Origin: Octopus vulgaris | Lineage: Eukaryota | Reading direction: 5' to 3' | Length of the DNA stretch: 64,000 nucleotides | Assembly (NCBI GenBank): GCA_951406725.2 | Contig: OX597819.1 | Coordinates: 62,992,001 to 63,056,000, forward strand | In this document: piece by piece, positions 1-12,880 of the stretch | Numbering within the stretch: position 1 is the stretch's first letter | How the letters are laid out: every line of letters starts with the position of its first letter | Position numbers and translations under genes: made by a program | Notes under the pieces: model-generated | What the model saw: the letters and a program-made list of their open reading frames with translations, nothing else | The model's database searches: none | What the model was told of the DNA's origin: nothing

Positions 1-1679
1 CTTTTCGTCTTTCGCCTTCCTTTCTCTCTCTGACCGCTTGTTTATGAGTTTCCCTACCTACTTCCTTCTCTCCGTCTTCTTCTCCTTTCATTTTATATCT
101 CTCCCTATATTTATTTATTTAACTATTTATTTATATATCTATTAAAGTTTTCCATTTCGCCGCTCTTTACGGTCTTCTGTCTGTCGTTTCTATCTGTTTG
201 ACGTTCGCTTAATCATCCAATCCTTTATTTTATTGTTATAATGTCAATCTCGTCTATACATTATATTTGCTTAAAAAATGCTTCGGCTCTTTCTCTTTTC
301 TTTTACGTTTATGTATCCATTCAATCATTTATATATTCATTTATTCATAACGACACACATTTAGAAATTTGGTTTACCTAGAACCATCTTAATATTAAAT
401 ATATAACATATATTACAGCCAGAATAATACGTACTGCTCCAAGCATTTATATTTCTATGAACTTCTCCGCTAAAGACAGCAACAAAATTACGTTTAACTA
501 AATGAGGAAATATATTAAAAATACATTCAGCAATGCAAATGAAAATTTAGGCAAATATGTAATGTGGTGCCAATAAATATAAATCAGAAAAAATATTTTA
601 TATTTTGATATGTATTTTTTAATGCTCACTCTATTATATTTCGTGAAAGCCTCCCCTTAGCATGTATAAGGATAATGCAATCTAAGAGTCCGTAGAGAAA
701 ACGGTGAATCTTTCTGGTGTGTTACGTTTTTGACTTGTTTTTTTTTAAAGAGAGCAGGATTGCGGTCGCATTACCCGCTCCGAATTGAACGCCAGTGCAT
801 AGTGCAAAATATCCCGTCGTTCTATCTACAGTAAAGATACAATATTGTAACAGCTTAGGGTTCATAGTCTCAAATCAGTTCAATACCTTGTCGAAAATCT
901 GAGGGATCTTTGAGGCGAAAATGGGGTTTTTGGTAATAGGTCATCTTGTGAAAGTCTTATTTGACATAGGAGATGAACTCACATCACTGCAAGAAACGGA
1001 AATAAGGGAAACATTATCACACCCACATATTCACCAGAACGAAACCCAGGGAAAGGGGCAGAGTAATAAAATGACCGCAGCCCGAAATAAATAAAAGTAA
1101 AATTGAAATAAAGATATATGAAAAGCTGAAGATTCGCAAGCATTGGTACGTAACGTGACTCACAAATAATCTCTTGGAATCTACACCGAGTAATAAACAA
1201 TAATAACGACAACAAATACAACAGCAACAATAATAATAATGGTTTTTCTTCATGTACTTAATATACTCAACAAAGAGACATCCTTATCAATCAGCTTTCG
1301 AAAATCGACTTCGAACTTCACGTCAACGAATTTGTAAGATTAAAAATACACAGCTTGTATCTTTATTATGATTTTTTACACCTGTTTTCCATCAGGCACC
1401 GAAGCAAAAAGAAAGAAATGTGGTAGAGGGTGATTCCGAAAGTGAGAATGTTAGAGAATGTCGGTTCAATTGTCCACTGGAATTAGCTTTGGGTATGTGA
1501 AATGTAGGGGGTATTGGTGCAACACAACATGAGCTTATGAGAACCTTCACCAAAAATCGTTCATCCTTTTTAACCAGCCAAGAAAATTTCGAGGAAGTGA
1601 AATCCCCACAACACAATGTCTGAAAGAAATATTCAAGATGACTTCGGCTAGAAAGGGTTTGAGCATTCTTCTGTTAGAT

Positions 1680-1992
1680 CAGTGGTTTCAACCATTTTTT
1701 CTTCTCTATAGACCTATTTGATTGCTATTCTCTTATGATAGGCCTTCATAGCCATTCAATGTTTAAAGACAAATTTTATTTTCCAATTTTGTTCTTGACA
1801 CACTAACTTCTGTATTTTCACCTATATAGAATATAGAATTTATTTCTCGCAATAAACACACCTAAAGCAAATTTTTCAATGAACGCTTAATATACTTTTG
1901 TGCGTCCCCAGATTACTATTTTGTTTGCGTGGATCCCCGAAAGCCTTATATGGACACTCAGGGGCCACGGGAATCTCGGTAAAGAACCACTG
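1680..1992. mobile_element. Degenerate MITE, hAT-like termini
   Basis: Begins CAGTGGTTTCAACC and ends AAGAACCACTG (short terminal inverted repeat CAGTGGTT/AACCACTG); non-coding; no clear TSD. Confidence 0.4.
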
Positions 1993-2520
1993 TGATATAT
2001 CAACAATGTCCTGGAGCTTTCCACACATTTCTATCAAGAAAAAGTAAACACAGGAGACGTAAATATAATTACATTCAAAATCTCGCCTGTACAACTTCAC
2101 ACAATAATCGCAGCACTCAGTCAATCATATCCACCTACTGAGAGCAACTATTTACATAATGAATAGACTATACGTAAATGATAGATTTATTGGCAGACAC
2201 ATTTCCAAGCAGGATTTTGATTGGCATATTCCAGTGATGAATTTGCATATATCAACCTCACACTTATATACATATATATCATTCAAAGATTTAACAAAAA
2301 ACTAGCAAACGGAAAATTTGACACAAACATAACAGAAAATTCGCAGCTACGTCCTCATCAGTCAATGTCCATTTAGATGTATCTATGTATGTAAAGCCAT
2401 CTATCAGTTTGTCTAACTATCTATCAATCAATCTATCTATCTATACTTATATATACATATATATATGTATGTATATGTGTATATATATATAAAAATATGT
2501 AAGTATATATATATATGTAT

Positions 2521-2824
2521 GTGATCACATGACGAACCAGACCATCAGATGTTGTTACACATCGCTGGTCACAATGCGCTTCGCATTGTTTTAGCCTTCA
2601 AATGACGCCACCCCGCTGGCTAAGCGAGCAGGCCAACAAAAGAAAGAGTGAGAAAAAGTTGTGGTGAAAGAGTATAGCAGGGATCACCACTCCCTGCCGG
2701 AGTCTCGTGGAGCTTTTTAGGTGTTTTCGCTCTATAAACACTCACAACGCCCGGTCCGAGAATCGAAACCGCGATCCTCCACCGCGTGTCCGCTGCCCTA
2801 ACCACTGGGCCATTGCGCCTCCAC
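2521..2824 (-). mobile_element. tRNA-derived SINE (head type 1, tail type A)
   Basis: Minus strand starts GTGGAGGCGCAATGGCCCAGTGGTTAGGGCAGCGG...GGTTTCGATTC (pol III A/B boxes); the same head recurs at 34915-35200, 40285-40635, 43712-44017 and 62155-62460. Confidence 0.85.
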
Positions 2825-2829
2825 ATATA

Positions 2830-2863
<34 letters not shown>

Positions 2864-2908
2864 CATACATATATATATATATACATACATATATATATAT
2901 ATATATAT

Positions 2909-2984
2909 AGGTGGTGCTATTAAGTTAGACATGGCCTGGGCCAATAATGGCCGAAACCTATCAAAGTATCAAAGTATCAAAGTA
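2909..2984 (+). mobile_element. 76-bp 3'-terminal stub of the CR1-type LINE, inverted relative to 4041-4116
   Basis: Exact reverse complement of 4041-4116, including the (TATCAAAG)3 tail. Confidence 0.9.
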
Positions 2985-3121
2985 TATATATACATATATA
3001 TATATATACATACATACATATATATATATACATACATATATATATATATACATACATACATATATATATATATATACATACATACATATATATATACATA
3101 CATACATACATATATATATAT

Positions 3122-3152
<31 letters not shown>

Positions 3153-3267
3153 CATACATACATACATATATATACATACATACATATATATATATACATA
3201 CATACATATATATATATACATACATACATACATATATATATATATACATACATACATATATATATAT

Positions 3268-3298
<31 letters not shown>

Positions 3299-3299
3299 C

Positions 3300-3330
<31 letters not shown>

Positions 3331-3380
3331 CATACATATATATATATATACATACATATATATATATATACATACATATG

Positions 3381-3412
<32 letters not shown>

Positions 3413-3460
3413 CATACATACATATATATATAGACATACATATATATATATACATACATA

Positions 3461-3501
<41 letters not shown>

Positions 3502-4040
3502 ATACATACATATATATATATACATACATACATATATATATATACATACATATATATATATACATACATATATATATATATACATACATATATATATATA
3601 CATACATATATATATATACATACATATATATATATATATACATACATATATATATATACATACATATATATATATACATACATATATATATATACATACA
3701 TATATATATATACATACATATATATATATACATACATATATATATATATACATATATATATATACATACATATATATATATATATACATACATATATATA
3801 TACATACATACATACATATATATATATACATACATATATATATATACATACATATATATATATATATATATACATACATATATATATATATATACATACA
3901 TATATATATATATATACATACATATATATATATACACATACATATATATATATATACACATACATATATATATATATATACATACATATATATATATATA
4001 TACACATACATATATATATATATACATACATATATATATA
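2985..4040. repeat. Compound (TA)n/(CATA)n microsatellite, ~1.05 kb
   Basis: Seen directly; source of the spurious YI/HT ORFs. Confidence 0.98.
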
Positions 4041-6033
<1,993 letters not shown>

Positions 6034-6538
6034 ATTTATTATATAGAAGGAGCTTCTACAGGACTAGTACTGTTTCATTCAAGAGAAATCTTCAGGAAGC
6101 TATTTAACAAGAATTGTATTAGCATTTATACATTTAGGCAGGTTTAAAGGAGTGGTGGTGGGGGACTTTTTGGGGGTAGGCATAGCGCAAAATATCATAC
6201 TTGGGGGAGTGGTCAAGGAGTCAGTGGTAAGTTAGATGAAGGAATAGATAAATAAAAAAATAAAAAAATAAAAAATAAAAAAATAAAATAAAATAAAAAA
6301 ATAAAATAAAATAAAAAAATAAAATAAAAAAATAAAAAATAAAAAATATAAAAAATATATATAAAAAAATATATATATAAAATATATATATAAAAAAATA
6401 TATATAAAAATATATATAAAAAAATATATATATAAAAAAAGGGGGGATAGAGTTATAGGTAAATAAGGAGATTCTCACTTATACCTATACACACATGTAT
6501 ACGTATCTACACACACATACATACATACACATATATAT

Positions 6539-6587
<49 letters not shown>

Positions 6588-6939
6588 CCTACACATACAC
6601 ACATACATACATACAAATATACATATACATATATATATATACAATCCAATACAGGCCCATTCCCTAATTTTAATTTTATTATCTTCATTTATTACTTTTG
6701 TTATCTTTGATCGCTAGGGCTAAGAATCCTGGCAATGGCTGCATGTCCATTTGTCTGTCTACTAGAAGGCAAGTACTCATTCCCGCACGCACACTCATTA
6801 GCACGTACATTCACCCATTCGTACACTCATACACATACACGTACGCACGCGTTATATTCATACATACAAACATCTACATACGTTCACGTATATACACATA
6901 CGTACTCGTACCTACAGATTCGTGTCTACACTTTAGGAG
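6034..6939 (-). mobile_element. 3'-terminal ~0.9 kb of the Penelope-like element family at 47266-54935
   Basis: Near-identical to 47266-48130 and to the reverse complement of 54010-54865; the match ends at CTTTAGGAG (6939). Confidence 0.92.
6051..6101 (-). ncRNA. Type I hammerhead ribozyme (copy 1)
   Basis: Same sequence as 54798-54848, on the minus strand. Confidence 0.8.
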
Positions 6940-7352
6940 AGACATTCAGGCCAGTTTTGTTTGAGGATCTCTTTCTCAATTTGTTTCCAGTTTGCCTTAT
7001 GGTAGTTCAAGCTGGAAAGATTTTGAGGGTTTCTTGTAGGCTGCATGTCCGTGCTCTCTTTTGGCCCGTACATGGTCAGCTCTATCATGTTGTGATCCGA
7101 GAGTAGTGTCGGTGTCACTTTCACATTATGGATGAGATCCATGTCATTTGTGAAGCAGAGATCCAGTGTGTTACCTGCCCTGGTTGGTTGGAGTATTACC
7201 TGCTCCATGTACAGGGTGTTGATGAGGTTCAGGAGGGACCTCGCCTGTCCTCGTTCACATCTTGTCATTCCTGGGAGAGAAAGGCCCTCGGGCCATCTGA
7301 CATTCGGCAGATTGAAGTCTCCCATAAGAAGCACACCTATGTGTTGAACACC
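6936..7352 (-). pseudogene. LINE ORF2 apurinic-like (APE) endonuclease, C-terminal fragment, CR1-like
   Basis: Motifs LMGDFNLP, PTRAGNTLDLCFTN, LSDHNMI, then NYHKANW; truncated at both ends. Confidence 0.88.
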
Positions 7353-7415
7353 AGGCGATAAATTTATCAATGGTTGAACACCATGGTGTTCAACCATTGA
7401 TAAATTTATCGCCTG
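7352..7415. repeat. Perfect 64-bp palindrome with no spacer
   Basis: CAGGCGATAAATTTATCAATGGTTGAACACCA followed directly by its reverse complement; centre at 7383/7384. Confidence 0.95.
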
Positions 7416-8050
7416 TGAATATGAAATTCCTCTTCATTTCTCTGGAAATTTACATCTACACCATTGGAAATTGTGCATCTATACAAAGGATTAATTCACC
7501 CTCTCTGTAATGCTAATAAGCAGGAATTGAGACCCACCTCGTTGTGATTAACAATGGATAAATTTGTCGTCTGTGGGTATGTAATCCCTCATCATATCTC
7601 TGGAAATTCATATGTGCACTATGGATTAGGTCACCTTCTCTGTGATGCTGTTAAAACTTTTTTTAAAATTCTGTGATAAGACTGCACATCATCTTTAAAG
7701 AACTTTAATGAACTTTGGAAATCTGTTTATGTTACTTAATTATCTACTTCATGAGTATAGCCTCAACCAATAGGATGTCTAGAGAACTCACATGTATTTT
7801 AGCTGATGAGTACAGGACACGTTTATATGCTGTAATTTTTACAACTTTTAATAAAGCCTGTCCTTGTATGAAACGATTGTACTAAAAACCTATCCATTCT
7901 TGTTGCTTCTTTCTCGCTTATAATCACCCCACATTACTGTATTGTTAAAACAGTATAGTTTTTTTTTTGGTGCATCTAAGTTAGGTACCATATTCAAGTA
8001 AATTCATTTAAATTAACTTGAATCTTTATTGCTTTTTGTATATATATATA

Positions 8051-8468
8051 TATATACTATATAAAATCCGTTCTATCTGTCTGTTTGTCTGTCTGTGTCT
8101 TCTAGGATCCCGGGCATCCTCCATCCGATTGCGCTCAAATTTGATCTGTAGATACCGACGGTATCAGGGCGTGTATAAGTCTTGAAAAAATTACAAAAAA
8201 CGATTCTAGGTGAGAATGCGATCGATAAAGCCATTTTTGTCCTGCATTACTTCCGTCATCCTGTACATAACTGCATCTTCCATTCTTTGCTGTTTTTCTA
8301 CAGCATACCTTGAGACATGTGTGATCGGACTGAAAATTCTCAAGTTCTGTCGGCTTGCTTTGAGACGCGTGCCTATAGTGATGAATTATATGGTTATTGA
8401 CGATTTAAGTCTATTTTCGGCATATTTGGCATTAGAATTTTTTCTTTTGCTCTTGTTTATAAGTTTTG

Positions 8469-8506
<38 letters not shown>

Positions 8507-8592
8507 TATATACATACATATATGTACATACATACATACATTTATAAATATACTGGCATTAAAGTCCCGTCGTTGCCGGGTCATAGTGCTAG
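8051..8592 (+). mobile_element. Non-autonomous Helitron-like element
   Basis: 5' TATACTATATAAAATCCG then (CTGT)-like repeats; 3' GC hairpin CCCG-TCGTTGC-CGGG just upstream of terminal CTAG followed by T; the 5' ~180 bp recur at 38838-39012. Confidence 0.7.
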
Positions 8593-8719
8593 TGCATGTA
8601 TATATGTGTATATATATGTGTACATATTACATGTACATCTATATATATAAATCTACACATAAAATACAAAATACAAAGTTATATCTTGATATCGCTAATG
8701 ATAACAATACTCAAAATAT

Positions 8720-9561
8720 ATAACAAACTGGAATTGTTAGCCCTTCTCTTGTAATTTCGATCAACCGTATCTTGTCCTCCCTCTTGTATAGAAGTGTGGC
8801 TACAATCCAGCCTACCTCTACTTCGGGGGGGAGGGGCATTTAAAACTTTTATCCGGGACGTCCTACGCCCCAGATATAAAGGTAAAAATAAAATATTTCC
8901 ACTTTGCAAGGTTCGAGTCGAGTACTCCCTTGCATGCTCCGTTGACTGGAACCTTGCTTCTATTGTGGCGAATTTACCGCCTCTGGTTAGATACTTGATA
9001 TCTTTCATAGTCACACCAAGATACTTTTCAATGGTGCTTTCCTCCAGGTGTTCAAATCGTTTTTTTCTCTACATTGTATACTTTATAGGCAATAGTCTTT
9101 TCTTTAATTTAATTTTTTATTTCGTTTGGTGGTGTTATCTTAGATTCACCGTCTTTGTTGGTGATCAATCCGAAATAAGTTTGTATTTCTTCCATTTTAA
9201 TTTTAATGAGTTCGCCGCCCGCTGACGGCTGCAGCGAAATTCATTTTGGGACTTTCTTCTATCGAAGGCATTCTAACAAAAATGCTTCCTTGTAAACGGT
9301 GAAAATATTGTCAATTTCCCCAAACAGGGACACAATTCAATTTTTAAACAATAACCAAAGCTCCTTCTCCCAAAGAGGGAGGGTTACGGTTTACAATTAT
9401 TTAACAAATGCAACACAACAACGCTTCCCTTACGAGGAACAATAACAATAGTTAAACAGAAATAATAACAACAAACCTTACGGTAAACAAAAGAGCAGTA
9501 CTCTGTTGAAGCTATAGGCCTTTAGGGATCAGAAATAAATCAACAGCGGTACTCAGTAGAA
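8720..9561 (-). mobile_element. Degenerate ORF1/Gag-like retroelement A (3'-truncated), paralogue of element B
   Basis: DIKYLTRGGKFATIEARF...ILFLPLYLGRRTSRIKVLNAPP aligns by eye with EIVFVARGSEYGTIMVQF...VILLPTYMNKRTTRIRVEGIPP of element B. Confidence 0.7.
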
Positions 9562-11219
9562 TATTTCTTTATTTCCCACTAGGGGCGACATAGAGTAGAC
9601 ACTACAAGACATTGGGGACATAGAACATTATAAAATAAAAGTATGTAAGATGAAATTTTGAAAATGATAATATGAAAGTGATGCTAACGGCCCCTTCCGC
9701 CAGCACCACTTATCTGTCCTTCATAAACCATCGTCATTTATCATCTCCAATCAAAAGCCCATATTTCTTTATCATTCTCTCAGCCTTCCTTTCATACTCT
9801 TTCACCGTCTCATCCGTAAATGCTACTTTAATCACTTTCACACCCTCATTTACACACTTCGCCATAATTCCTTCCATTTGCTCCCTAGGCACAACCGCAT
9901 AACTCCCATCTGCTCTCTCATACCATGAATAATTATCTATCATGTCTTTCGAGTCCTTCGTGTCCTCCCTTTTCACAAAACATAAAATATGGGGCTTGGG
10001 ATCTTGTTTACTTTGTGTGTCTGCATTATTTTATTTTTGGTTTTCTTTTAGGCGGGGAGTGGGTGGAATGACTGTTTGTAGAGGAAGGATGGGATTCAGA
10101 GGATGCGGGTGGTGTTGGGGTGGGTTGGGGTTCACCATAGTTCACTTTTCTTCTCCTTTTTCTCTTCTTTCTTAAATCTTCCCATCCAGTCTGAGCTTCC
10201 TCCTCCTCAGTTTCTTCCTCCTCAACTTGTTTTTGCTCCACCTCCTCATTTTCCTGGTTCACAGTTTCCTTTTGTGGGGGAGGGCAGTAAGCTCTTATGT
10301 GGCCCCTCAGGCCACACTTATAGCATCTTGGTGCTCTGCCCTCAACCCATACTCTCATTACAATATTTCCCATGTTTATGTTGTCTGTCATTCTTTCGTG
10401 TGTATCCTCCTCCGCTTGTACACTCATTTCAAGCGTCTTACCTCTCCAGCCTTCACCCTTTACGGTAGCCTGCAAGATGTCTACCTCCTCTTCGACTTCT
10501 TTTATTACCGCTGCAACGACCCATTCACCTTCTATGTGGGGGGTATCCCTTCCACTCTTATTCTTGTGGTTCTCTTATTCATGTAAGTTGGTAATAAGAT
10601 TACCTTTTCTGTTTTGATCGCCTTTGCTGCCATTTTTCTCGCCATATTCTTGTTTCCAAACTGCACCATTATCGTTCCGTACTCACTACCTCTTGCCACA
10701 AATACAATTTCTTCTTCCACTCTCCTTAACGCCTCCTCAATATCTTCCATTTTCACCATCTCGACTCTCTTGTTATCGTTTACGTATGTCCGGTATTTAA
10801 TCACTCTTTTTTCAAACCATTCACCACGTTTTTCTGGTGGTAACAGCTTTACCTCTCCTCCTTCCCTCGTCATATATGCCTGAAAGCCTGGCAACTTTTC
10901 CAGGTCTATCTCCTTTTCTTCCGTCTTCCTTGCTGCTCCAACATACGTCTTACCGACCTTTATATCCATCTTATTGACGGCGCCAATTAGCTCGTCCTCG
11001 GAGGTCGATGCCTCCGATAGACTCTCGAATAACCTTTCTTCTGCCATCTCTCCCATTAGGGAGGGGCGGTCCATCACTGTTTGTCTGTCTCAACGCAGAC
11101 AGACAACGGCCAACAGACCAAAAAACAGTATAACAAAAACCGTATAACAAAACTTTCAATAACAATTCAATAGCAAATTCAACAGCAAATAATTGGCAAC
11201 TTACAATAAAGTCCAAAAG
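9562..11219 (-). mobile_element. ORF1-only (half-LINE-like) non-autonomous retroelement B
   Basis: ~1.66 kb; flanked by identical 17-bp direct repeats AGCGGTACTCAGTAGAA (9545-9561, 11220-11236); no RT or EN coding; 3' tail GCCCCTAGTGGGAAATAAAGAAAT. Confidence 0.7.
9734..11077 (-). pseudogene. Frameshifted ORF1p/Gag-like nucleic-acid-binding protein with CCHC zinc knuckle
   Basis: Three consecutive track ORFs (10532-11077, 10026-10475, 9734-9976) join via frameshifts; CYKCGLRGHIRAYC = CX2CX4HX4C, followed by acidic, basic and Pro-rich tracts as in L1/Tx1-type ORF1p. Confidence 0.78.
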
Positions 11220-11579
11220 AGCGGTACTCAGTAGAAGCATCTTACGTACAGCCAAACTTCATATAGATACTTAATGCTAGCTAATTAGCAAATAATCTAA
11301 TGTAAATGCCGTGCACAACTCCATCTGGACTATTCCATTTTGCATTTAATTTTTATTTTTTATTTATTCCCATTCATGTGAAACCACTGATTCAAGTTCA
11401 AGTCATTGATGCAATGTTACGATTTAATTATTATATCATACATTAGTTTGATTTTAATTATTACTTACTACATATAATTCAATTGTTATTATTATCTCTA
11501 ATTTTTATTGTTAAAGGGAAAGTATCTGACTTAAAATAGAGAGATGTTTTTGTTTCACTTTTAACATGTAATACTGAAA

Positions 11580-11778
11580 TAGTGGAGAAGATATGATATT
11601 GCTATGGGCTCACCCTCGACAAGCAGGTGAACATTTTTTTGCCCATGAAACTACATGGACCCTAAGTAAGGCATGTGTAAAATTTGAATGAAATTGGTTG
11701 TGTAGTTCTCAAGTTTTTGGGGAAAAAGACAAACAGACAGATAGATACACATTCTCAGTTTTATATATATATAAAGAT
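11580..11778 (-). mobile_element. Possible Helitron-like 5' end fragment
   Basis: Minus strand starts TCTTTATATATATAAAACTGAG...CTGTCTGTTTGTC, same layout as the 8051 element; 3' end not found. Confidence 0.35.
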
Positions 11779-11789
11779 ATATGTGTGTA

Positions 11790-11820
<31 letters not shown>

Positions 11821-11888
11821 TTATGCATTTATTCGATCAATGCTTAATTTGGGACCAAACTCTGGTATTCTTTATTAAAGAATGGACA

Positions 11889-12110
11889 AGGTAGCGAGGT
11901 GGTAGACTCGCTATGTGCGCCGGGTAAACGGCTTCGCTGCACATCGTCTCTCCTTACGTTCTGAGTTCAAACCCCACCAAGCTCGACTTTGCCTTTCATC
12001 CTTTCATCGTCGATAAAATAAGCACCAGTTGAATACTGAGGTCAATATAATCGACTTAGCACCCTCCCGAAATTTCTGGCCTTGTTCCAAAATTTGAAAC
12101 AATTATTATT
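11889..12110 (+). mobile_element. Degenerate SINE (family with the CTTTCATCCTTTCGGGGTCGATAAA central domain)
   Basis: GTTCTGAGTTCAAA B-box region and GACTTTGCCTTTCATCCTTTC..GTCGATAAAATAAG; homologous to 22350-22772. Confidence 0.75.
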
Positions 12111-12714
12111 AGAATCATTATTATTGGAAAGACGGTGAGCTCGCAGAAATATTAACACTGTGGCAAAATGTTTAAAGGCATTTCGATGACTATTATCTGT
12201 TTTATTTACTCTTGTTTAGCACTACATTAAACTCATTCGTAAAATCGTCTTTCATTTCGTCAAATCATCTTACACAGTGTGTTGTATGGACCACAAAGTT
12301 TCTTTTAAAACATAGGGTTTAATTTGAGGGAAATTTGACCGTTATTTATATCAGAAAGCCGATTAGAATCCACACAAAGGCTTACTGACAACCACTGTTT
12401 ATCCTTTTTTTAAAACTGCTTGTAGCCTTTTTTGTTTCCTCGTTATGGCTGCATGAAAATTGCGACATCTTTATGAGACATAAACTTATGTGAAAACCAA
12501 CTAGTATTACCTGATGACCAAAACCGGCGCTAATAAAAAACAATCGTTGTCATTTTTCACCGAGATATCTTCTATTGCTTGTTTATTTGAAGATTATTTG
12601 ATACCTAGATTAAATATCAATAACAAAATATAACAAAAGGAGTCGGCGTGATATCAAATGAGACATCAACATTTACAGGTCATCTCAATTTGGCCGGAAG
12701 TGAAGCTAAACAAT

Positions 12715-12821
12715 TTGGACAAAAACAACACCAACAACTCCAATAACAACGATTGCAACAACGACAAATACTACGACTACTACTGCTTCTGCTGTTGCTC
12801 TTGCTTCTGCTGTTGCTGCAG

Positions 12822-12873
<52 letters not shown>

Positions 12874-12880
12874 CGCTGCT
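12715..12880. repeat. Compound trinucleotide repeats (AAC)/(TGC)/(TAC)n
   Basis: Seen directly. Confidence 0.9.

Noticed and set aside
2740-2824. tRNA-like sequences here and at 35135-35200, 43945-44017, 45918-45990 and 62155-62225
   Set aside because: They have A/B boxes but continue into shared SINE bodies and lack a proper acceptor stem; these are SINE heads, not tRNA genes
8825-10543. Frameshift at the homologous poly-C run (Pro-Pro) in both ORF1 paralogues, suggesting programmed frameshifting
   Set aside because: The shifts are in opposite directions (one base extra in A, one missing in B); homopolymer slippage or sequencing error is simpler
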